Shown: in pieces, positions 48,201 to 58,113 of the stretch
How positions within the stretch are numbered: position 1 is the first letter of the stretch
Layout of the letters: every line of letters begins with the position of its first letter
Position numbers and translations under genes: made by a program
The notes under the pieces: generated by a model
The model's input: the letters and a program-made list of their open reading frames with translations, nothing else
What the model was told of the DNA's origin: nothing
Database searches by the model: none
Virus record (IMG/VR): IMGVR_UViG_3300032291_001296
Span: 1-64,000 of that record
Reading direction: 5' to 3' (one strand)
Source: a virus
DNA: 64,000 nt

Positions 48201-51200
48201 TCCCAATTAATTTTTTCTTTAATAGAACTTCCTCCTGTTAAACGTCTATATAAAACTTCAAAGTTTGGATTAGCTTTAGCCATTGCTCTAAGTCTCTCAA
48301 ACATCTCATCAACATTTACAGAATCATGTAATGAATTCATTAATGTAACAAATGCTTGATCTGCAGGCATTAATACAACACCACCAACTGTAGAGATTTC
48401 AGGAATAATTTCACCTTTAACTATTTTAGTTTTAGGAAGTGTAGCTAATAAAAGTTTTACTACACGGTTTGCTTTTCTGAAAGAGTCAATCTTTCTAGCA
48501 TCCATGTAATCTGATTTACCAGAATTGTCTTCATCGTTTAAGTTAAGCTCATCGTTCTCATCAAACTCAATAGCATAAGACTTAAGATGCTCTTCGTGTT
48601 TCTCAACAATAGCAGGCCAATCTTTTTTGATGTTATCAAATAAATCTTTTAAAGCATTGATCTCTGGAGTGATCTCTTTTTCTGTTTTTGTTTTATCATC
48701 TACTTGTGCATATAACTGATCTCTAAGTTCAAGAACACAATCTTCTAAAATCTCTTGTTTAAGTCTAGCATATAGCTGAGCTTTCTTAGGTTTCTCCACT
48801 TCAAAAAGACTTTGACTAGTTTGAGATAGATAAGACAATGTACTGTATGTCATGTGTTGAATAATATCATGCAATTGTGTAGCAGGGATATTTTTCACTT
48901 TAAGTCTGAACTCAGACGTTTCATCACCTTCAGCAGATTCTATATCTTGAATACCTTTATTAGCATAAGATAGTTTTGTTTCAAATGGATTGTATTGTGC
49001 ATAGTATCCATTACCTATCTTAGCAAATAACTCTTTTGTATTTGTTTGAGCTTTTTCTCCTGTAAAGAAACCTTTAATGAAGTCAATCAACTCAGAGAAC
49101 ATTCTACCAATTAATCCTTTTGATGCCATTGGTTTACCTAACTTATCAGCAAGAACAGCATCTCTGAATTCCTCAGCAAGTTGTTCTTTAATTTGATCAG
49201 CTATAGCATATTTATATTCAACTCTTTCACCAGTCTCTCTATCTATAAATGATCCTTTTCTTTTTCTGAACTCATCAAGAATAGCTTGTTTCTCTTCAGG
49301 ACCAGCAAACATTTTCCATACAGCTTCAAACACCTCATGATAAGCAGTACCTATCTCAGCATTTTCATATACGTATATAGCAGCATTATGAAACATACCC
49401 CAAGCTTCTCTACCATTAGTAGCTTGAATGATATTCTTCACTCTATATATAGGAACATTTGGCATCACCTTTTTAATAAACTCTCCCACCTTATTCCAGT
49501 TCTCTGGAACAATAGTATCCATTTTATTTGTGATAGCTAGTCTATATAGTTTTCTTGATCCTTTTGATTTAGGTTTAGCAGGTGTATTCCAGGTAACATC
49601 ATCATCCTCTTCTATTTGTTCAGGAGTTATTTCTTCTTTACCTTCTATATCAGAAACTTCTTCTTCTACTACAGGAGCTGGATCAGCAACTGGAGGAAGA
49701 TTTGGAACTTGTTGTTGTACAAGTTGTGGAGCTATTTTCTTTTCAATAGCTTTAATTAAAATGTTAGCTGCTTTGTTATGATCTACTTTCTTTTGTTCAG
49801 CTAAGTTAATAATAGCATCTGCAGACTCATCTAGATTGATATCCACTTCACCTTGCTCATTAGCAAAGTACATAACTGTTCCATAGTCAGTTTCTAATAT
49901 ATTAGGAGTGGCATCATCAAAATTAACAACTTCATCACTCACTGCAGCAGCTGGTTTAGCTACAGGAGCAGGTGCAACAGGTGCAGGTTCTGTAGCAGTT
50001 TGTGTAGCTGCAGGTTTATTAATTTTATTCTCAACAGCTTTTATTAAGTTACTAATTGCCCAGTTTTGAGCTTCCTCATCTGATTTTCCAACAGCAGTCT
50101 TTTTCTTTGCTAATTCAAGAATAGCATCTTCAGAAGCTTCTAAATCAAGTCCTACGTTACCTTCTTCATCTACAGTGAATACGATATCTCCTAGATCAGG
50201 ATTGTTAATTGTATTAGGTGTAATACCATCAAATGCAAATTCTTCTTTAGCTGTAGACTTATCTTGTGAAATAACTGGTTGAACAGCAACTACAGCTGGT
50301 TCTGGTTTAACATATGTTCTACCTGTACTATTCAATGTGAAATAGATTCCATCTCTATTAGTAGGTTGACTTTCTGTAATAGGTCTAAACTGTGTAGCTA
50401 ATGGAAGTTCTTTATTATCTCTAGCTATAGTTAATTTACCATTAGCATCAGGAGCTTTATCTGATAATAAATAAGTTTGGTAGTTAGGCCATTCTCTATT
50501 TATAGGATTTCCTTCAGAGTCAATGCCTGTGATTTCATAGTATGGATTATTCCATCCATCACTGTTCACTCTTAAAGAGTCTGTATTATTATACATCTCT
50601 TTAAGTAATGAAATGATAGCATCTTTATTATTTTGTAATGATGTAGGTGTAAAGTCAAAGTATTCTTTTGAATCTTTAGCAAGACCAGACATAAATAATT
50701 TTACAACTGGTTCACCATTATCATCTTTAACTGTTTCAAACCAGATGTTGTTATATCCTGCAGGTTTTCTTTTTCCACTTTGATCTTTTGCAATACCCCA
50801 ATAAACTACAGATTTTAACCAATTGAATAAGTCTTTAGAACTATCATTTATTTCACCATCTCTTAAAGCATTCTTTGTAATCTGATGCATTACATCAAAT
50901 ATAGTATTAGCTTCTTTGTCAGTGAATTTTCTATTGAATAATTTAGCTAGTCCTCTTCCAGGTATTCTTAAGAACACTCTACCAGTAGGAGTTGCAAAAG
51001 TTACTGATCCTTCAGATACAGATTCACCTGTTGTAGCCACCTCAACTACAGGAGATTTTCTTAATCCTGATTGAGTTACAAGACCTGCAGCTTGTGCAGA
51101 AGTTCTTGCTGCTTTATTTGTAACTTCATTTCCTGCTTGATCTTTATATGTAACAAGTTGTGGTTGACCAAATGAAGCAGAGAAATCTTGCATATCATCT

Positions 51201-54200
51201 GCAGTTAACTCCACTTTAGATAATTGATCAGCAGACCATTCTTTATATTGTTGTTTTAATGATTCTTGTTCTTCAGTTAATGAACCATCTTCAGTTTCTT
51301 TTCTAAACATAGAATAAGTCTCACCATCATATGTAGCTGTAAGATCTGTGTTTGGAAATACTTGATAGATAGCATTGTTGATTTTATCTTCATCATTAAG
51401 AATAGGTTGACCATTTTGATCTACTACAGAGAAAGATCCATCTAGGTTATCTTGTACTACAACCATGTAGATGATTTCAGCTTTAGCTCTTTCTTTTCTT
51501 TCTCCCTCTGCCATATCTTGAAGGAAGTTTTCTGTAAGCCCAGGAAGAATATCATCTTCAGTTTTAGTTGTAACAATCATTCCTTTAAGTTGATTCTTAT
51601 TAGGGAATGTTTCTAACTTATTACCAAAGAAGTTTACTCTCTGTTGATGAGGAACTAAATCATTAGTTGGTTTTGTTCCACCTACTACTGAAAAGTTATC
51701 TTTCTTAGCCATAGGCTCATAAGATTCTTTACCAAAGAAGTTTTGAATAGCAGTGGTAAGTGTACCAAGAAGATTCTTTTTCAACGTTTCATTATCACGC
51801 ATTCTCTTCTCTTCAGCTTCTCTAGCTTTCTCATCTTCAGCAAATTGTTGGAATGTATCCAATATCTTAGCTTTAGCCATTTGCTCAGCAATAAGATTGT
51901 CTAATCCAATTTTAAGATCTGCTATTTCTTTAACAAGACTTTCTGCTTGTTTAGAAAGCTCAGGAATCTTTAACTCATCTGCAAAGTCATTTATATCAGA
52001 CTCTAGTTGTATAACCTTCTCTGTGAATCCTTGTCTATTTTCAATAAACATTCTTGCTCCTTCTTCTCCTAAGAATCTTTCTACATTAGCTTGTAGATCC
52101 TCAAGGAACAATGGAACATTAGGATTTTCTTCTTTTAATCTTTTAATATAGTCATCAAATATAGATAATGCTTTTTGTAGCATATCATCTATTTGTTGCA
52201 ATAACTTATCACTTGATTTGATAGACTCATTTGTTATATCAATAAAGTCTTCTAATGCATTGATGTCTTCTTTTAATTGTTTAATCATCTTCACACTATT
52301 CTGTGGAAGAGTCTCCATATTATCTAAGAATTCTTTAAAGAAAGGAAGTGTAGCTTCTAATTCTGCTTTCTCTTCTCTTAATGCAATGTTTTCTTTCTCA
52401 ACTGTATCACGTAAGTTAGCCAGTGTATTAGTTAATTGTTTAAGAATAGTGGTAGGTCTTTTACGAACTTTACCTGCTTTAGTAAGACTTTCTTTAGCTA
52501 TCTCAGCTTCTAAACGTTCTTGTTCTTTCTGAACAGCTTCTTTACTATTCTCTAACTTCTTATTGATTTCCTCAAGACGTTTAACAGTGTTCTCATATAA
52601 ATCAGTGATGATTCTGTTTCTTGTTTGAAGCTTTTGTGATATGGTGGTTTCAGCACTAACAAACTCATCCATAGCTTTTTGCTGTACAGCAGTTAGATTA
52701 CCAATAGGTCTGATACTAGCTCCAGAATATCCTTCTGCAGCAACAAACATTGTATTCCAAACTTCTGTTCTTTGCACTTTACCATTCTCATCTACATATA
52801 CAAATGTAAGTTTGTCTTTCTTATTGTTGTATTCTAACCTACCTTCAACTGGATCACCATTTGATTTCTTAATATTATAGTTTCTGAATACAGTGTTCTG
52901 ATGTTTCTCAAAGTAATTAAACTTCTTATCAGTCAACATCAAACTAGCTGGTGTTAAGCTATAACTTTCAAACTCTTCAGCAGATACATCTCTAACATTA
53001 CCATTAGAAGCTTTAATCTTAATGGTACCATCTTCATTAATTCCTAATACAGTTAATCTAGGTTGACGATAAACTTCTTTACCACCTGCAGAATACTCAG
53101 TCACTTTACCAAGTACATACTCTGTACCTATCTCAATGTCTCTATTACCATTTTTAGTTTTAATTGTAATAGTTTCTTTAGGACCTTCATCAATTGTTTC
53201 TAACTCTACTGGTTGTTCTTTATAGTTTTCTGGATTCTTTTTAATCTCATCATACTCTTTTACAAACATTCCTCTCTTAAGAGTCATCAATGCTGAATCA
53301 TCAAGAGCTTGAATTAAATCTTCTTTTTGATCACTAGTAAGTTTACTATCTGCTTTTATTTTAGCTAAAGCTTCTTCATAGCTTTCTTTCTTCCCTTCAG
53401 ATATATCTGAAAGAATTTGATCTAAATTATCAACGTTACCAATAAGCTTCTCAGAAACTCTAGCAATTCGTTTATCATAGTCTGCAAGTTTAGTACCAGC
53501 ATAGATTAATTTATCAATCACTGCAGGTGGATACATTTGTGAACCATCTTCATTAACTTTACCTCCATAACGTAAGCTAAGAGATTGATACATTGTTTTT
53601 ACATTGTTAGCTGTTTCTTCGAAGTTAGCTAACCTAGCCAAGTATGCTTCTTTTGTATCTGTAGCAAGAGCTTTACCTTCAGCTTGTAATTGAGAGAATC
53701 CTTCATCTGTACTAGCTAATGTTCTTTGATCATTTATATCAGCTCTAACAAGATCAAATCTACCATATTTAATACGAGGTGTTAGGTAGTTGATAATGTA
53801 ATCTGTTTCTTTATCTTTACTCTCAGTTAAGTTTCCTTGTTTTAAAAGTCTTTCTCTTTCTTCTTGAAGAGCGGTTCCTCTATTTACAGAATCAATAGTT
53901 TCTTTAGTGAAGTCTGAAAATCTGTATTGATTAAATTGCTCAACAGCTTTAGCTGTATTTGCAGCTTTTTCTTTGGCCTCCATATAATTACCTCTAGCCA
54001 TCATTATAGATCCAGATAATCCACCAATAAGAACATTCTTAGCTCCTTCATCAGAAGTAAATCCTTCTTTTATACCAACACCTATAGACTCTAACCAATC
54101 AGTAGCTTTACCATCATATTTTTTATTATAATAGTCTTGTGTACCCATTTGGACAGCATACTGAGCACCCTCTTCAAATCCTTCAGATGGAGAGAATAAA

Positions 54201-55498
54201 TATGGTCTTACTTTATTTAATGTAGATAACACTTTATTCTTAGGAACTACTGCAGCATATTTACCAGCAGCATCTACTGGAATGTCTCCTATTTCTCTAG
54301 TAACATTGTTCATTATTCCTTTTTCAGCAGAATATGAACTTCCTAATATTTTAGGGAACTGAATGTAGTTAGTAGCACTTAATAAAGCAACGTTAGCTGC
54401 AAATGATGAGTTACCTACAGCATCAGCATCAGCATTAATCTTTTCAAGATCAGCACCTACTGGGTCTAATCCATTGTGATTATCTTTATACTCTTGTATT
54501 TTTTTATTTCTAAAATCATTAAGATTTGTATATGCTTCAAATCCTGCTTCACCACTTGTAGATAAACCAGCAACAACAGCTCTATGTCCTTTCTCAAGAA
54601 CATTATATTTTCTTAAGAAAGCATCATTTAATCCTTTTATTTCTTTGTATGCTGTAGAAGATGCATCAAGACCAATCATAGCTTCTTCTGATGCAGCTAA
54701 TGCTTCAGCAGCTTGACCCATAGATAATAATCTAGCAGCACCTGGAAGTGCAGAAAGTCCTTTTAATGCAGCAGAATAAACTCCTCCTGTTAAATAAGCA
54801 CCAGCAGCAAATCCCATATTCTTAACAACACCATCCCATAAGAAGTTACCTGTCATGAAATAATCAGGAGAATACCATTTACCATTCTTCTCTTTATCTG
54901 TATAATAGTTTGGAAGAATATCTTCTGCTTTTCTATTCATTTCATCTAACTGTCTGTTAAATTCATTATCATAGAATGATGCAAATCTACCATCTGCTCC
55001 CCATCTAGCTAATCCATTAACTAACCCAACTGTACCTTGTAAGAATGTTGTACCTGTAAGTAAAAGTCCTTTACCTACACCATTAACCATTTTAGAAGGC
55101 CAACCTTGTCCTTGAGCATACGCATCCTCATTATTATAATCACCAGGAACAAAGTTATCATATCTGTTAGATGACACTTCATCAAGAGTTCTCATTACAC
55201 TTCCTCCATCTTTAGTAGGAGTTGGTGTAAGTAAAAAGTTCTCTAATGATTTTAAATCACCAGTTTCACCATCTCCAGTAATAAGTGGTAGAGTATTTGG
55301 TGGAGTGTATACATTTGGTTTACCTGCATAATTAGGAAGTGGCTCTTGAGGTGTTGGAGCTTTATATCCACCAAAAGCATGTTCCATATACATTCTATCT
55401 AACATAGGAGTTTCTACATTCAATTGTGTAGGAACAGGGTTAACTGGTGCTGCACCATTCTGAGCGATGTCAATTGATTCTAGATTTTTTTCTGACAT
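42206..55498 (-). CDS. crAss-like virion RNA polymerase polyprotein
   Basis: GYRIPTQ and GSDFDIDK (45026-45049) double-psi-beta-barrel catalytic motifs, a zincin-like YHEVFE..E.LAEEF, and 4430 aa length. Confidence 0.88.
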   Translation of the reverse strand: MSEKNLESIDIAQNGAAPVNPVPTQLNVETPMLDRMYMEHAFGGYKAPTPQEPLPNYAGKPNVYTPPNTLPLITGDGETGDLKSLENFLLTPTPTKDGGSVMRTLDEVSSNRYDNFVPGDYNNEDAYAQGQGWPSKMVNGVGKGLLLTGTTFLQGTVGLVNGLARWGADGRFASFYDNEFNRQLDEMNRKAEDILPNYYTDKEKNGKWYSPDYFMTGNFLWDGVVKNMGFAAGAYLTGGVYSAALKGLSALPGAARLLSMGQAAEALAASEEAMIGLDASSTAYKEIKGLNDAFLRKYNVLEKGHRAVVAGLSTSGEAGFEAYTNLNDFRNKKIQEYKDNHNGLDPVGADLEKINADADAVGNSSFAANVALLSATNYIQFPKILGSSYSAEKGIMNNVTREIGDIPVDAAGKYAAVVPKNKVLSTLNKVRPYLFSPSEGFEEGAQYAVQMGTQDYYNKKYDGKATDWLESIGVGIKEGFTSDEGAKNVLIGGLSGSIMMARGNYMEAKEKAANTAKAVEQFNQYRFSDFTKETIDSVNRGTALQEERERLLKQGNLTESKDKETDYIINYLTPRIKYGRFDLVRADINDQRTLASTDEGFSQLQAEGKALATDTKEAYLARLANFEETANNVKTMYQSLSLRYGGKVNEDGSQMYPPAVIDKLIYAGTKLADYDKRIARVSEKLIGNVDNLDQILSDISEGKKESYEEALAKIKADSKLTSDQKEDLIQALDDSALMTLKRGMFVKEYDEIKKNPENYKEQPVELETIDEGPKETITIKTKNGNRDIEIGTEYVLGKVTEYSAGGKEVYRQPRLTVLGINEDGTIKIKASNGNVRDVSAEEFESYSLTPASLMLTDKKFNYFEKHQNTVFRNYNIKKSNGDPVEGRLEYNNKKDKLTFVYVDENGKVQRTEVWNTMFVAAEGYSGASIRPIGNLTAVQQKAMDEFVSAETTISQKLQTRNRIITDLYENTVKRLEEINKKLENSKEAVQKEQERLEAEIAKESLTKAGKVRKRPTTILKQLTNTLANLRDTVEKENIALREEKAELEATLPFFKEFLDNMETLPQNSVKMIKQLKEDINALEDFIDITNESIKSSDKLLQQIDDMLQKALSIFDDYIKRLKEENPNVPLFLEDLQANVERFLGEEGARMFIENRQGFTEKVIQLESDINDFADELKIPELSKQAESLVKEIADLKIGLDNLIAEQMAKAKILDTFQQFAEDEKAREAEEKRMRDNETLKKNLLGTLTTAIQNFFGKESYEPMAKKDNFSVVGGTKPTNDLVPHQQRVNFFGNKLETFPNKNQLKGMIVTTKTEDDILPGLTENFLQDMAEGERKERAKAEIIYMVVVQDNLDGSFSVVDQNGQPILNDEDKINNAIYQVFPNTDLTATYDGETYSMFRKETEDGSLTEEQESLKQQYKEWSADQLSKVELTADDMQDFSASFGQPQLVTYKDQAGNEVTNKAARTSAQAAGLVTQSGLRKSPVVEVATTGESVSEGSVTFATPTGRVFLRIPGRGLAKLFNRKFTDKEANTIFDVMHQITKNALRDGEINDSSKDLFNWLKSVVYWGIAKDQSGKRKPAGYNNIWFETVKDDNGEPVVKLFMSGLAKDSKEYFDFTPTSLQNNKDAIISLLKEMYNNTDSLRVNSDGWNNPYYEITGIDSEGNPINREWPNYQTYLLSDKAPDANGKLTIARDNKELPLATQFRPITESQPTNRDGIYFTLNSTGRTYVKPEPAVVAVQPVISQDKSTAKEEFAFDGITPNTINNPDLGDIVFTVDEEGNVGLDLEASEDAILELAKKKTAVGKSDEEAQNWAISNLIKAVENKINKPAATQTATEPAPVAPAPVAKPAAAVSDEVVNFDDATPNILETDYGTVMYFANEQGEVDINLDESADAIINLAEQKKVDHNKAANILIKAIEKKIAPQLVQQQVPNLPPVADPAPVVEEEVSDIEGKEEITPEQIEEDDDVTWNTPAKPKSKGSRKLYRLAITNKMDTIVPENWNKVGEFIKKVMPNVPIYRVKNIIQATNGREAWGMFHNAAIYVYENAEIGTAYHEVFEAVWKMFAGPEEKQAILDEFRKRKGSFIDRETGERVEYKYAIADQIKEQLAEEFRDAVLADKLGKPMASKGLIGRMFSELIDFIKGFFTGEKAQTNTKELFAKIGNGYYAQYNPFETKLSYANKGIQDIESAEGDETSEFRLKVKNIPATQLHDIIQHMTYSTLSYLSQTSQSLFEVEKPKKAQLYARLKQEILEDCVLELRDQLYAQVDDKTKTEKEITPEINALKDLFDNIKKDWPAIVEKHEEHLKSYAIEFDENDELNLNDEDNSGKSDYMDARKIDSFRKANRVVKLLLATLPKTKIVKGEIIPEISTVGGVVLMPADQAFVTLMNSLHDSVNVDEMFERLRAMAKANPNFEVLYRRLTGGSSIKEKINWDSLKQHDLQLMTAFWNAMKKQNADVVTVFILPSGEVVIGNSVLSGAARQAKREMINNIIEATRTDNNDYLFYNTKTQKYNPKTITKNIKFNSGQLDQYVAFLQGMGINFIIGDSKKPMTGDQIKNSLNPDQLRLFRKAVEGIQKSLAGLEDVATLSAKTLDIDKRLTQLGTIKAILENPDFESTYFNINGERTQSFIGTNAISSIHDVLSKLSNIRQLNDATKGFSSYSYLLTDVFAKDSSVMLNKMFDLAEDGDGGRIAGTEDLMKPVFIDGTVNEQTGNKKESSKLSAKQRFLQGINLNLGGIYENLVPGDASIEHAIKMHNEDDPFVTEEAFKNGKHLEIFRNYFMAEVALARDGRKVVGDRKSTDLRFFKSILGDKLHNQIMSKTNSKKSAEKLYEDNKKEINAAVNSFIAQDASTTDRVLREFGAVYTTAEGVETEGLSFSEDDVLSKEEYENKLKVLSTNYMIANIEMHKLVYSDPYQYNDELKRIKNFNSPRQALLYGSNKVNSALNEQYNKGFAPGDIGYTDMNVDHFVSTVIDDVFSTADFEEYMKAYEETDGGGLISLKATRVFLLRTGQWNDAKEKQYRYDIAYEKVVKGEGLTEEEKRNQGLVLTDEEKAFNIKKTTDSSGEVRYVGKNPNIRSLYTAIKPIVSGNKVDGQNYNDVVLDKFALVPLSFRIMHELNPDSNAIKMYNKMQRENADYAVYASGRKVGAGEATPLYLPSGEFNEASFKELNNIPFSIMGLQTEVPSKDNPVVTQGSQITKLVTMDFMDAGVPIDFEIKDKKGNVIEDINERFVAWGELKTEAEKEKASPLYKEIANNQRLLEAKIEEGYKTLLKKLGITQGVDENGKATFTILDKDKLIKTLSDEILKREVNDNITDALEGFKSGDVVLEATPAYQQIRNILYSIADKNIASQKITGGMKVQIPSTLLESNRIQGKEFKDKKGNVKYSYTSDILKFYKNADGERVCEIMISRWFDNAQTRNMSDKELLDYLNDTDEGKSILSGIGYRIPTQKQNSIDSFVIKQFLPKDFGDNVVVPSALVKKVGSDFDIDKLSIYLKNVYSDASGKLRMVPFLGYGQQAIDKFKAIAIENNNAEIYKQAKSVNSSKGTYEIFQNIIDSTADDYTRNKWLPIITDWFPEQVQDGQLDADEVQAQLIKTIQEKQGKLEKLTDEALTEVWAEQQAEVWYKQSLENAYIQSLQNLVSHESNFENLIKPNSADEMKNLSIEINEEMGNPEIDYGNVGNMLSRTFMSALRQAFVSGKYAIGIAATGQTNNADNQRVATYIDFDKLKDVDPVDREILGGNPLSNTFATDPNINFEEYNTIVVDGKIRPTLSLIKNKAGKYISDIIGQFIDGYVDISKGPWIMRLGATQNVASTWLFLIKVGVPVNTVAYFMNQPIIKDYLRSLDNNGYTWLFNDGIMNSTLEAYESSIPVKQRPTISGIPSEADLFKMLKYNKAGMKNEMDGIQKLQQQYILKEFIKYSKMASQLFDVVQGSNFDTAVINDPYIVFKKRLQLEKARKSIISSVDKLLSSSFKGVLKDTIFNVRDAFSEILISDKVNVRSVMEEVLTPYVKLSDREFVKVSQKAVNDLFDWAVQTDRNININVANILLGTSTKESAAQQIINFRDSILGNKHKGIAPKEDHPLFNNIILNSIKMEAGIKEGKADNLYIAGRDNKVYDQNLIIYGFEELKKYLDGEGKDLYGKLVRLAVIQSGLTNSPIAFTNLLPYKDFKEIYNQTLSNLENMPNLADFQKLRVFERNNWNNYTIIPFMKAKMLLNKSNYGRGANLYDPNQYFTPGQLKKAMNNGALPMVIGISPFGDGRNDFITYSWEDSIPYAERMKRKKNGDYSHIHKVLLQKVYTKDEKGNPIPLVDVTEKNGKVYVKHIFKAINAWGDSFRAQEYYDYERSSVLDNGYEKVEKATDAQGKQIKSGEVSDNDVVMIYQGISEVIVEPTETVSEKPDSVTQEEWDATTPEEKKTIKDQEDQGCNQ

Positions 55499-55517
55499 TA
55501 TTATAGGTTTTAAATCC

Positions 55518-58106
55518 TTATTGTTGTAATTGTTTTAATTCTTCAAGAGTAGGTTTTCTATTATACAACATTTCAAATATTACTTCATCTGTTAGTCCTT
55601 TCATTGCAGAGTTTATTTTATTTTTTGCAACAAGTCCTCCTTTAGGATATGCAAGATTTTCTTGTATTATTTGTCCAGTGTATGGATCTGTAACATTAAG
55701 TCTTAATGATGACATTCCATTTTGATTAGTTACTACATTTCCTGAAACTCCATAGTGACGAACATTTATAAAGTTTAATGCATTACCCATGAAAGCATTT
55801 GAAATGTTTGTTTTTTTACCATCAAGTGCAGTGGTAAATCCACCTGCTCTTTTTTGTTGTGCTTCTAAATCACGAATTGCTGCAATTTCTGGATCAGGAT
55901 CAAACTTACCTTTAGTTACAGCATAATATTGTTCAGGAGTAATATTGAATTGTACAGTGTTTCCTTTTTTATCTGCAGCTGTAATTTTATATCTTGCTGG
56001 AGCAAACTCAGTTGCTTCAATCACTCTTATGTTAGCATTCTGAATATCTGGTGCTATTGTTCTTAATTGTTCTGAAGTGGCACCTGGAGAAAGTGCTAAT
56101 ACTCCAGATTGACTATCTGCAAGATCTGCAAAGCTTTGAAGAACATTTCCAAATGAAGTTTTCTGAGATTCATTATTTAATGTAATACCATACTCAACTC
56201 CTTGCATAGCTACCACTCTACCTTGAATTAATTTATTTTCTTCATTAACTCTTGCTTCTACAACTTTTTTATAAGGTTGATTTACCTTTTGATTATAGTT
56301 TTGTAGATTAGCAACTAATAACTTTTGTACATCAGTTTTTTGATTTTTATATGCTTGATATAAATAATAGTCTTTTGGAGAAAGTTCTGCTTTTGCTTTT
56401 GCATCATTGTATGTAATTCCTCCACCTCCACCTCCAGTACCACCTCCACTATAAACATTAACGTAGTCTTTAATTTTTTCATTAAATTCTACAAAGTCTT
56501 TAGGAGTGTAAGTAATAGTTGAATTAGGAAAAGTAACTTTAATTGGTTGACCATCTTTTGGAATATACTTTTCAATAGATCCATATTTTTTATCCATCTC
56601 ACTAGCAATTCCTGCAATCATTGCTTGATTAGCTGCAATGTCTCTTCGTTTTTCTTCTGTTTGTACAAAGTGAGCAGCTATAATAGGATCAACAGATGCT
56701 GGATTTTTTTGCCATGATAGTAGTTGCTGTCTTAACCAAGATGTATTTCCTTCTTTATCATAAGATGCCATTAATGCAGCATCACTTTTATCAATAGAAG
56801 ATTTATCTTGTTCAATCTTAAAAGCAACTCTACTAGCTGTAACTTCAGGAAGTTCATTTTGAGGAACATCTACAGGAAGTCCTCCCCATGTAAATGCTTC
56901 AGCAGCTGCTTTATCTTGGTCTATTTTAAGTTTAGCTTTATCTATTTTTAGATCTTCAGCTTTATAATAAAGGTCAGCTTGTTTAAATCTTTCATTTTGT
57001 TCAAATGTAGCTTTCCATTTATCATATTCAATCTGTTTAGTTTCTCTAAACTGTAAAGGTTGTTGAAATGCATTAGTTTCATAACTTGTAACATCTGATA
57101 AACTAGCAAATGTTTGAGAAAAGTTATTAATCCATTTAGTACTATAATATCTTGCCTTAGCAGATTCTGCATCACCTTGTTCAAATGTTTTAGCAACACT
57201 TGAATATTCTTCTTGTACTTCTCTTAATGACTTATCTAATGAATCAACTTGTTGTTGTAGTTTATATTTCTGAGGTGCAGAGTTAGTTGAATCAATAGCG
57301 TTCAATGTCTTTTCTCTTAAGCTTTTTAATCTTTCATAATCTGAAGTGTATGATTTGTTTATATCGCTAACAAATTGTTCAGCATCAGAATTAGCGTAAT
57401 TATATCTACCATCAATTTGCATTGATTGAAAATCATTAGGACTTAAACCAACCATCAATGCTGATTTAATTCTCTCAGGAGTGATACCAGAAACTCTAGT
57501 ACGTGTAATAGCATCTAAGACAATCATGTTACCATTCTTGTCATATTCAAATGCTACATCTCTACCAGTTTCATTCTTTACTAATCCTTTAATAACTTCT
57601 TCTGCATTCTTTTGATATGGAGAATATTGTTTGTATCCACCATTAAAAGTTTTATTGATGTCTTGATTATTTAACCATTCACCAGCTTCTGTTCTAAATA
57701 ACCAATCATGAGAAGCAGCTCCTTTACCTGCTTTGTTAGCAGCATCCATATCTTCTAATCCTTTTCTATAAGTCTTAGCAGATGTTATAGCATTTACAAC
57801 ATTAGGATCTCTAGCTATCTGATTAGTCATTCCGTTAACAGAGTTGACCAACTGAAAATTAGAAAAATCTCCAGCAGCCACTGTAGCAAGATTGTTACCA
57901 AGTTGATTAAGTTTAGATTGTAGATAGGCTTTATCTACATCTCTAATAACATCCAATCCAGCAATATTATCAATGTTAGTCTGTATTTTCTGTATCCCCT
58001 CATCATACTTCTGTTGTTTATATATACCAACCTTAACCATCTCATCAACTGGGATAGTTTGTACATAGGGATTGAACTTAGGGACTGTGTCTGTGTATGA
58101 AGCCAT
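55518..58106 (-). CDS. Virion cargo/ejection protein
   Basis: 862-aa helical ORF beginning F.PYV..P, adjacent to the vRNAP gene. Confidence 0.6.
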   Translation of the reverse strand: MASYTDTVPKFNPYVQTIPVDEMVKVGIYKQQKYDEGIQKIQTNIDNIAGLDVIRDVDKAYLQSKLNQLGNNLATVAAGDFSNFQLVNSVNGMTNQIARDPNVVNAITSAKTYRKGLEDMDAANKAGKGAASHDWLFRTEAGEWLNNQDINKTFNGGYKQYSPYQKNAEEVIKGLVKNETGRDVAFEYDKNGNMIVLDAITRTRVSGITPERIKSALMVGLSPNDFQSMQIDGRYNYANSDAEQFVSDINKSYTSDYERLKSLREKTLNAIDSTNSAPQKYKLQQQVDSLDKSLREVQEEYSSVAKTFEQGDAESAKARYYSTKWINNFSQTFASLSDVTSYETNAFQQPLQFRETKQIEYDKWKATFEQNERFKQADLYYKAEDLKIDKAKLKIDQDKAAAEAFTWGGLPVDVPQNELPEVTASRVAFKIEQDKSSIDKSDAALMASYDKEGNTSWLRQQLLSWQKNPASVDPIIAAHFVQTEEKRRDIAANQAMIAGIASEMDKKYGSIEKYIPKDGQPIKVTFPNSTITYTPKDFVEFNEKIKDYVNVYSGGGTGGGGGGITYNDAKAKAELSPKDYYLYQAYKNQKTDVQKLLVANLQNYNQKVNQPYKKVVEARVNEENKLIQGRVVAMQGVEYGITLNNESQKTSFGNVLQSFADLADSQSGVLALSPGATSEQLRTIAPDIQNANIRVIEATEFAPARYKITAADKKGNTVQFNITPEQYYAVTKGKFDPDPEIAAIRDLEAQQKRAGGFTTALDGKKTNISNAFMGNALNFINVRHYGVSGNVVTNQNGMSSLRLNVTDPYTGQIIQENLAYPKGGLVAKNKINSAMKGLTDEVIFEMLYNRKPTLEELKQLQQ

Positions 58107-58113
58107 AATTAAG

